Source: an uncultured Clostridia bacterium
GTDB taxonomy: Bacteria; Bacillota; Clostridia; TANB77; UBA1234
Length of the DNA stretch: 64,000 nt
Reading direction: 5' to 3'
NCBI GenBank assembly: GCA_934169745.1
Contig: CAKPOE010000001.1
Coordinates: forward strand, 200,856 to 264,855
Below the pieces are notes generated by a model that was not told where the DNA came from, did not search any database, and saw only the letters and a list, made by a program, of their open reading frames with translations. The translations under genes and the position numbers were made by a program. Shown here in pieces: positions 39,961 to 46,638 of the stretch (the first letter of the stretch is position 1; each line of letters starts with the position of its first letter).

Positions 39961-40686
39961 ATGGAAGATATTAGACTTCAAAAATATATGGCTGAATGTG
40001 GTGTGGCTTCAAGAAGAAAGTGTGAAGAATATATAACTAATGGAAAGGTGAAAATAAACGGCAAAACTGTATGTGAACTTGGAACAAAAGTAAATCCTGA
40101 GATTGATATTGTTGAGGTTGACGGCAAAAAGATAGGCGAAGAAAGAAAAGTATACATTCTTTTAAATAAGCCCGTGGGATATGTTACAACTGTATCGGAT
40201 GAACAAGGAAGAAAAACTGTTATGGAGCTTTTGAAAAACGTTAATGAAAAAGTTGTACCTGTTGGAAGACTAGATATGTACACTTCAGGTCTTTTACTAC
40301 TTTCAAATGATGGTGAATTCATATATAAAGTCACTCATCCAAAACATGAAACGACAAAGACATATATTGTTAAAACAAGAGGTGTGCCGGCAGAAAAAGA
40401 CTTGGAAAAAATGAGAAATGGTTTGAAAATAGAAGATTATATTACTTCACCAGCAAAAGTTGAACTATTGCTAAAAGATAATGTAAATAATGTTGCACGT
40501 ATTATGGTGCAAATTCATGAAGGAAGAAATAGGCAAGTAAGGAAAATGTGTGAGGCTGTTGGACTATCTGTAATTGCTCTAAAACGTGAAGGCATAGGAA
40601 AACTTACTTGCAAGGGTGTAGAGAAAGGTGAATGGAGGTACTTAACTGATGAAGAGGTTAAGGAAATAATGGAGAATGAGTATTAA
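39961..40686 (+). CDS. rluB: RsuA/RluB-family pseudouridine synthase
   Basis: S4 domain (RLQKYMAECGVASRRK), catalytic GRLDMYTSGLLLLSNDG. ATG with RBS GGGGGAA. Confidence 0.85.
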   Translation: MEDIRLQKYMAECGVASRRKCEEYITNGKVKINGKTVCELGTKVNPEIDIVEVDGKKIGEERKVYILLNKPVGYVTTVSDEQGRKTVMELLKNVNEKVVPVGRLDMYTSGLLLLSNDGEFIYKVTHPKHETTKTYIVKTRGVPAEKDLEKMRNGLKIEDYITSPAKVELLLKDNVNNVARIMVQIHEGRNRQVRKMCEAVGLSVIALKREGIGKLTCKGVEKGEWRYLTDEEVKEIMENEY

Positions 40687-41453
40687 TATTCATTTCTAAA
40701 AGTACATTTTTTGCAAAGTTCTTCAACAGCAATACGATTCTTAAATCCGTTAATTATTTTAACGGATTTTTCATTTGTGATTATATCTTTTAATTCTTCT
40801 GTAAATATATTTCCTAGAGCAATATCTCCATCATTATCTAAACAGCATGGAGTTACAGTTCCGTCAACAAGTATAGCCAATTGAGAAATTAATCCATAGC
40901 AGTATTTGTTTTCTTGGTTAGCATTTGAAGACAAAGTCGGCCATTCAAACTTATTTTTTTGAGAAAGAAATATATTCTTTGATAGAGTAAAGTTTTCATT
41001 ACTAGAAATCTTTGTATCAAATTCATTTTCAAGTGCTTGCTTTGTTTCTGCATTTTCGTCTATATTCCAAATTCTAAAACATACAATGCAATCAGTTATT
41101 TGTTTTGCAACCTTAATTATCTCTATGCTATTTGTTGCATGAAGAGATATATTTATTTGGCGTAAATATTTTGTTACATTGAGATGTTCTGACAATAGTG
41201 TTGCATTTGTTGTAAGATTTATGAAAAATCCATTATCATAAGCGTATTTAACAAATGTATCAAATTCAGGATGCAAAAGAGGCTCACCTTTAACATGTAA
41301 ATATATGTACTTTGTGTATGGTTTTATTTGAGAAAGAATAAATTTAAATTCATCAAAAGACATGAATTTATTTTCTCTGTGGTGTGGCAAACAAAAATCG
41401 CAGCTCAAATTGCAAATATTGGTTATTTCTATATAAACTCTCTTAAATCTCAT
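40683..41453 (-). CDS. radical SAM protein with C-terminal SPASM/twitch-like Cys cluster (function unknown)
   Basis: 256 aa from MRFKRVYIEITNICNLSCDFC (CxxxCxxC). Contains GEPLLHP and a C-terminal C-x17-CC-x36-CKKC pattern. RBS GGAGG. Its stop overlaps the rluB stop (tattaata). Confidence 0.75.
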   Translation of the reverse strand: MRFKRVYIEITNICNLSCDFCLPHHRENKFMSFDEFKFILSQIKPYTKYIYLHVKGEPLLHPEFDTFVKYAYDNGFFINLTTNATLLSEHLNVTKYLRQINISLHATNSIEIIKVAKQITDCIVCFRIWNIDENAETKQALENEFDTKISSNENFTLSKNIFLSQKNKFEWPTLSSNANQENKYCYGLISQLAILVDGTVTPCCLDNDGDIALGNIFTEELKDIITNEKSVKIINGFKNRIAVEELCKKCTFRNEY

Positions 41454-41474
41454 ACAAACTCCTCCATATCGCGT

Positions 41475-41503
41475 ATTATAACACACTTTAGCAAGTTTTT
41501 CAA
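41475..41503 (-). promoter_or_regulatory. sigma-A-type promoter of the radical SAM gene (TTGAAA-17-TATAAT), embedded in the 40-nt shared element
   Basis: Minus-strand reading: TTGAAAAACTTGCTAAAGTGTGTTATAAT, then GGAGG-ATG ~25 nt downstream. Confidence 0.55.
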
Positions 41504-41520
41504 AAATAGTTGACATTTTT
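41481..41520. repeat. 40-nt exact repeat, copy 1 (ACACACTTTAGCAAGTTTTTCAAAAATAGTTGACATTTTT)
   Basis: Identical to 46116-46155. It contains TTGACAT on the plus strand and TTGAAA(-35)+spacer on the minus strand. Confidence 0.9.
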
Positions 41521-41595
41521 ACGGTGCTACACAGGTCTAAATATGTGTTAAAATTAGTCATTACAAGAAAAATATGTAAGAGTTTACAAAAAATG

Positions 41596-41624
41596 TTGAC
41601 ATGCTCGCAATGACATTGTATAAT
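41596..41624 (+). promoter_or_regulatory. perfect consensus sigma-A promoter TTGACA-17-TATAAT for the PRTase/NADAR/PHP operon
   Basis: TTGACAtgctcgcaaTGACATtgTATAAT; the spacer carries a second TGACAT direct repeat. Confidence 0.6.
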
Positions 41625-41706
41625 TACATATAGTTGAAGAAGCATAGCCTAATTCTATTTGGAGTGGAAAAGACTTTTATGGTGGTTTTATAGTAAGGAG
41701 ATAAAA

Positions 41707-42894
41707 ATGGAAAAATTAAATTTAAACGAATTTGATTTTATGGGAATATTTTTATTGAGAGATGTTAATGGTATAGAAGATTTAGTAGAAAGAGTTGATC
41801 AAGATCTGTATTTGTCTAGAAATTATGACTATTACAAGCAAATGACATATACTGAACACTCTGAAAAACGTGAAAATTTGAAAAAGCGACTCAATGGTAA
41901 TTTTGATAAAAAGAATTTTGTTATCCTTGAAAACATGTTAAATTCATCTGCAAAGGTTTTCTATAATGAATTTCAAAGAAAGATTGTATTACCTAATGAG
42001 GAAAACCATATGAAAGAAGCACAGGAATGTATGGAAGAGGATGTTCAAAATATTGTAAGATTTTTTAATGGAACTTCAATATGTGTTTCTAAAGAATCAT
42101 TGCCAGTTGGTGAATTAAAAACGACGGATCGCGCAATTGAAATGGATAATAAGGCTTTGCTATATATTTATACAAGAGTGCTGAATTTTTCAAGAAAGAG
42201 GCATATTTTAACTCCTGGCTTGGGCTCAGTATACATAGGACCATTTTTTAAAGCCATGCATAATGTTGATTATACTAATGTTTTATTAAGTTTATATATT
42301 GTTGACAATATAAAATGTACAGAATATCGAGAACGAAAATTAAAAGAAATTACGTCAAATGATTTATATTTACGAGCAAATGAACCGATTTTGATATTAG
42401 ATGATAACATGGGAACTGGTGCGACAATGAAACTTTTGACTGAAAAAATTTTGTCTGATGGAGGGCAATCGGTGTGTGGCGCGATTCAGTATAATTGGCA
42501 CAATTATCACAAGGTTGAAATAGGAGAAAAGCATATAGAAAGGTTTAATGTGGAAATGATTGATTTATTAACACCGTTTGATTATCCAGGACACAAATTG
42601 ATAAAGCAATCTGTAATACAATTGAATAGATCGGGAAAAGATTATATCAATTATTTACAGTTGGTTGGGTATAGAAAAAGTGATATGAGTGACTTTCAGG
42701 TTTTGATTAAAAATGCTGAAGAAAACGCAAAAATGTGTGGCATAGATTTGTATGGAAGTGGCTATTATGGTATAATACCAAAAAAGTCTTCTGTGATTTT
42801 GTGCAAAGCATTAAGAAATGAAATCAATAGGATAAGTCGACAAAACAATGTAAAGAAACACAAAGATTTTGAAGAAGGGGAGGAAAGAGAATGA
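41707..42894 (+). CDS. large protein with type-I phosphoribosyltransferase (PRTase) domain plus unknown N- and C-terminal regions
   Basis: 395 aa from MEKLNLNEF (RBS TAAGGAG). PRPP-binding motif EPILILDDNMGTGATMKLL is preceded by ILTPGLGSVYIGPFFKA (PRTase core). ~180 aa of N-terminal sequence is unassigned. Confidence 0.65.
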   Translation: MEKLNLNEFDFMGIFLLRDVNGIEDLVERVDQDLYLSRNYDYYKQMTYTEHSEKRENLKKRLNGNFDKKNFVILENMLNSSAKVFYNEFQRKIVLPNEENHMKEAQECMEEDVQNIVRFFNGTSICVSKESLPVGELKTTDRAIEMDNKALLYIYTRVLNFSRKRHILTPGLGSVYIGPFFKAMHNVDYTNVLLSLYIVDNIKCTEYRERKLKEITSNDLYLRANEPILILDDNMGTGATMKLLTEKILSDGGQSVCGAIQYNWHNYHKVEIGEKHIERFNVEMIDLLTPFDYPGHKLIKQSVIQLNRSGKDYINYLQLVGYRKSDMSDFQVLIKNAEENAKMCGIDLYGSGYYGIIPKKSSVILCKALRNEINRISRQNNVKKHKDFEEGEERE

Positions 42895-43514
42895 ATTTAA
42901 CAATAAAAAAAGAACTGGAAGAATACAAAAAATTTAAAGAAAATTTTATATTTGTACAAAAGGAAATTGTGCAGAAAGGTGAAGATTTGTATTGTGATGA
43001 TGCTTTGGTATTATTGCATAATGCGGAAAAACCAGAGGGTAGTTCGGAAAAATGGATTAATGTTGGATATAAGCTAAAAGGTGCATTTTCTAAAGTGCTT
43101 TCCAACTTATTTCCATATGAATTCTGCTTTAGAGGAAAAAAACTTAATAGTATAGAATCTTTTTTTCAAGGAATTAAATTTAGAGATATTAACATGCAAG
43201 ATTATGTTTTAAAATATAGTGGATTAGACTCAAATAATATTAAAATTGCAAGTGATTTTGATTGGAAAAAAGAAGGAATTATTTATTGGCAAGGAACGGC
43301 AATAAAGCGAAACAGCAAGGAATATGAAGATTTAATTGATGAGTTGTATATATCAGCAATTCAGAATCCATTGTATCGAAACGCACTAAAAAATTGTGAC
43401 AAAGATATTATTCACTCGATTGGAGAAACAGAAAAGTCGGAAACTGTTTTTACAAGGTATGAATTTGAGCATCAACTAAATTGTTTAAAGTCTTTTATAC
43501 AAAAGAAAGATTAA
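42891..43514 (+). CDS. NADAR/YbiA-like (DUF1768) N-glycosidase-family protein
   Basis: 207 aa. LSNLFPYEFCFRGKKLNSIESFFQGIKF matches the NADAR core (FSNF..F...G..Y.S.EhyfQa.KF). The start overlaps the upstream stop (ATGA). Confidence 0.55.
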   Translation: MNLTIKKELEEYKKFKENFIFVQKEIVQKGEDLYCDDALVLLHNAEKPEGSSEKWINVGYKLKGAFSKVLSNLFPYEFCFRGKKLNSIESFFQGIKFRDINMQDYVLKYSGLDSNNIKIASDFDWKKEGIIYWQGTAIKRNSKEYEDLIDELYISAIQNPLYRNALKNCDKDIIHSIGETEKSETVFTRYEFEHQLNCLKSFIQKKD

Positions 43515-43579
43515 AAATTTTCTCCTACTTTTATACATATGATGAAGTTAAATATGAATAAAATCTTGGAGGTAAAATA

Positions 43580-44236
43580 ATGAGAAAAAAAGAATATGGA
43601 ACATTTATATTAAAGCCGGATATATTTGAACCAGAAAACTTGGAAGAACTGGCTAAGTTGCTGAAAGTATACGATTTGCCAGTAAAAGGAACTTTTATTA
43701 TTGATAATTATTATGAATTTAGTCTTTCTTATAGAAAATATGATTTAAAGATACGATATGGAGACAATAGGCAAGAATACGAGAGAAATCTAAAAAGAAA
43801 TATGGTTGCGATAAACGCATATAATATGGAGTATAAAGGACCTGCAAATCGAGGCGTTATACTGTTTGTGTGTAATCAATTCGAAAATGATGATATATTT
43901 TATGACAATATGTTTAAATTAAAAACAGAACTGAGAGATAGAATCGAAAAGAGGCGAGGGTATGTTACATTCCTTTATATGGGACAAGACCCATGGTTTA
44001 CTTTTAGAGATAAAAAAGAACGACTTTCTCAATTGAGAACGCATGAAAATAAAACTGTTGATATAGCTTTTATAAATGCAATACATCTAGAAGATAGAGA
44101 TTTGTTTGAAATGGATGCTTGTAGTAAATTTGTGTATGAAAGTGGAATAATGAGTAGGGAAAATGTTATTTATTTAGAACAGTTAAAGGATAATTATGTA
44201 CTTCGATTACCTAGTTTTAGTGAGAAGGAGGTTTAA
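43580..44236 (+). CDS. hypothetical protein (weak NDK-like N-terminus)
   Basis: 218 aa. YGTFILKPDIF resembles the NDK ERTFIMIKPDG start and there is a His in ...INAIHLEDRD. Otherwise unassigned. Confidence 0.35.
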   Translation: MRKKEYGTFILKPDIFEPENLEELAKLLKVYDLPVKGTFIIDNYYEFSLSYRKYDLKIRYGDNRQEYERNLKRNMVAINAYNMEYKGPANRGVILFVCNQFENDDIFYDNMFKLKTELRDRIEKRRGYVTFLYMGQDPWFTFRDKKERLSQLRTHENKTVDIAFINAIHLEDRDLFEMDACSKFVYESGIMSRENVIYLEQLKDNYVLRLPSFSEKEV

Positions 44237-44238
44237 AC

Positions 44239-45108
44239 ATGTATGATTTTCATATTCACTCAAGTTGGTCTGATGGAGTTTTGAGTGAAGTAGAAATACT
44301 AGAAAAAATAAAGGAGAAAAACATCAAGTATTTTTCGCTTACAGATCATGATAATATTGAAGGATCGAAAAGAATTTTGGGTTACAAAGATTTTTTAAAT
44401 AAATATGGAATACAATTTATAATTGGTGTTGAATTGACGTCGAATTACAAGAATAGGAGAACCCATTTATTAGCATATGGCTTTGATAAAGATAGCGTGT
44501 TCATGCAAGATTTGTTGGAAAAACTAAAAGAAAAAAGTTGGGAACATACTTTGTATAGAATGGAGTATTTAAAAAATAATTTTGACATTACATTGAGTGA
44601 TTCTTCTTATGAATATATGAAGGGAAAAGCTATTATAAAAAAACCAATAATAGCAGAATGTATGAAGAATGAAGGGCTTGTTGCATCAAAAGGAGAAGCC
44701 ATTAGAGAATATATAAACAAAGTACCAGAAAAGGATTTCTCTGTTACACCAAAAGAAATTGCTGAAAGCGTACATAAAGCAGGTGGAAAAGTTTTTTTGG
44801 CACATCCATTTGGCGAAGCTTGCGATGAAATATTTGAAAATGATGAATTTGAAAAATACATTGATGGTTTGATAAAAGAAGGTATTGATGGAATGGAGTG
44901 TTATTATTCTGCATATAACAATGCTCAAATAGATTACCTGCTAAGTATTGCAAAAGAAAGAAGTATTTTGATATCAGGTGGAAGCGATTATCACGGGACA
45001 AAATACAGAATTGGAGAAATAGGAAAAATTACTTTGGAAGATTATGAATTAGAAAAAAGCGATTTGACAATATTGAATTTGTTTAAAAATAATAAGGGGT
45101 TAATGTAA
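44239..45108 (+). CDS. PHP-domain metal-dependent phosphoesterase (TrpH/YciV-like), paralog 1
   Basis: MYDFHIHSSWSDG, LTDHD, AHPF and GGSDYHG motifs. Confidence 0.8.
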   Translation: MYDFHIHSSWSDGVLSEVEILEKIKEKNIKYFSLTDHDNIEGSKRILGYKDFLNKYGIQFIIGVELTSNYKNRRTHLLAYGFDKDSVFMQDLLEKLKEKSWEHTLYRMEYLKNNFDITLSDSSYEYMKGKAIIKKPIIAECMKNEGLVASKGEAIREYINKVPEKDFSVTPKEIAESVHKAGGKVFLAHPFGEACDEIFENDEFEKYIDGLIKEGIDGMECYYSAYNNAQIDYLLSIAKERSILISGGSDYHGTKYRIGEIGKITLEDYELEKSDLTILNLFKNNKGLM

Positions 45109-45135
45109 ATATACAAAAAAATTTGATGAGAAGCA

Positions 45136-45175
45136 AAATATGGCACTAGTTTTTTATAACTGGTGCCATATTTTT
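45136..45175. terminator. bidirectional terminator between the convergent PHP paralogs
   Basis: aaaatatggcac-tagttttttataact-ggtgccatatttt. Confidence 0.65.
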
Positions 45176-46026
45176 TAAAAGATTGATAAAATAGAAAGCT
45201 GACTTGAATCTATGGGTGTATGATCCAAAGATGTTTGACCAATAGTGCCATATTTGTTTGGATTGCCGTGGCAATCACTACCAGCTGAAATGAGTAAATT
45301 ATATTTTTTTGCCAAATTTAATAAAAATCTAATTTTCTTGTTATCATAGGCGGAATAATAGCATTCCATACCATCAATACCAAGTTTCACTAAAGAATAT
45401 ATGTATGGTTCTATAGTTGAAATATTAAATATTTCATCACTGCTTTCACCAAAAGGATGTGCAAGAAAAACTTTTCCTTTAGCAGCGTGCACTAGATTTA
45501 TTGCTGTTTTTGAATCAAGATAAAAATTTTCTTTAGGAATTTTATTTATATACTCTTTAATTGCTTCGCCTTTTGATGTAACAAAACCCTCATTTTTCAT
45601 GCATTCAGCAATGTTTGGCTTTGTTACACTGTCCCTGCCTTTTAAATATTCTATAGATTCATTACTTAAAGAAATGTTAAAGATTTCTTTAAGCTTTTGA
45701 ATTCTATATAAAGACTCATTCCATTTGTTTGCCTTTAACATCTTTAAAAGAGTAATCATATTTTTATTTTCATAGTCAAAACCGTATGCTAATAGGTGCG
45801 TTTTAAAGCCGTCCATTGAAGTACTGAGTTCAGCACCAATGATAAATTTGATTTTATTTTTCGTTAAAAAATTCTGATACTTGGTTAGGATTTCTTTGGA
45901 GCCAGTTATTGTATCATGGTCAGTTAGAGAAAAATATTTTACATTATTTTGTACAACCTTTTCTAACAGTTCATTGATGTCATAAGCACCATCAGAATAT
46001 TTTGAATGCATATGAAAATCATACAT
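45175..46026 (-). CDS. PHP-domain metal-dependent phosphoesterase (TrpH/YciV-like), paralog 2
   Basis: 284 aa from MYDFHMHSKYSDG (RBS GGAGGTG). Colinear with paralog 1 and roughly half identical to it (LTDHD, AHPFGE, SAGSDCHG). Confidence 0.8.
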   Translation of the reverse strand: MYDFHMHSKYSDGAYDINELLEKVVQNNVKYFSLTDHDTITGSKEILTKYQNFLTKNKIKFIIGAELSTSMDGFKTHLLAYGFDYENKNMITLLKMLKANKWNESLYRIQKLKEIFNISLSNESIEYLKGRDSVTKPNIAECMKNEGFVTSKGEAIKEYINKIPKENFYLDSKTAINLVHAAKGKVFLAHPFGESSDEIFNISTIEPYIYSLVKLGIDGMECYYSAYDNKKIRFLLNLAKKYNLLISAGSDCHGNPNKYGTIGQTSLDHTPIDSSQLSILSIF

Positions 46027-46115
46027 TGATTTACACCTCCGTATGACTCTTATTTTAATACATAAAGAGATTTGTGTCAAATTATTAGGATGTTGCCTGT
46101 TGTTATATTTGTACG

Positions 46116-46155
46116 ACACACTTTAGCAAGTTTTTCAAAAATAGTTGACATTTTT
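46116..46155. repeat. 40-nt exact repeat, copy 2
   Basis: Identical to 41481-41520. Here the plus-strand TTGACA (46145-46150) pairs with TATAAT (46169-46174, 18-nt spacer) to drive the valS T-box leader. The minus-strand TTGCTA-16-TATAAC (or TTGAAA) points at PHP paralog 2. Confidence 0.9.
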
Positions 46156-46185
46156 TGGACTTTGGTAGTATAATAGACACATATT

Positions 46186-46424
46186 GTAAAGACGTTGAGC
46201 AAGAGGAGTAGATTTTTGAGGCTTGATAGAGAGGAAAAGTCGTTGGCTGAAAGCTTTTCTTAAGTTAGAAAATTGAACGTAGCTTGTGAGTCTCAATACT
46301 GAACTAAGAGTAAGTGTTGACGTATGCATGCGTTAAATGTGCTAAGGCAATGATTTTAAATCATTGTAAATTAAGGTGGTACCACGACAGACTCGTCCTT
46401 TGGATTGATGTCTGTCTTTTTTAT
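46186..46424 (+). promoter_or_regulatory. T-box riboswitch leader (valine specifier GUC) with terminator
   Basis: AGAGAGG box, specifier region gaaaaGUCg, T-box sequence aattaaGGTGGTACCacg (46369-46386), terminator gacagac...gtctgtc+TTTTTT (46386-46424). Sits upstream of valS. Confidence 0.8.
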
Positions 46425-46443
46425 ACGACAAGGAAGTGATGGG

Positions 46444-46620
46444 ATGTTTTTGAAAATATTAGGTGCGGTGATGGCACTCGTCGGACTTATCTTTGTTTTT
46501 GACGCAAGAAGAATTATTAAAAAGAGTTTTCCAACTGCAGAAGAGAATAATACAGTTTTAGGCTGTAAAATATTTGGAGCATTAGTGGCAACTATTGGTG
46601 GAATTTTGATGATAATATAG
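46444..46620 (+). CDS. small 2-TM membrane protein between the T-box and valS
   Basis: 58 aa MFLKILGAVMALVGLIFVFDARRIIKK...GALVATIGGILMII; RBS GGAAGTGATGGG. Confidence 0.5.
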   Translation: MFLKILGAVMALVGLIFVFDARRIIKKSFPTAEENNTVLGCKIFGALVATIGGILMII

Positions 46621-46638
46621 AAGGGGAGATGTATATAA

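Noticed and set aside
41659-41706. TTG start at 41659 for the PRTase-domain gene
   Set aside because: TAAGGAG 7 nt upstream of ATG 41707 is a far better initiation context.
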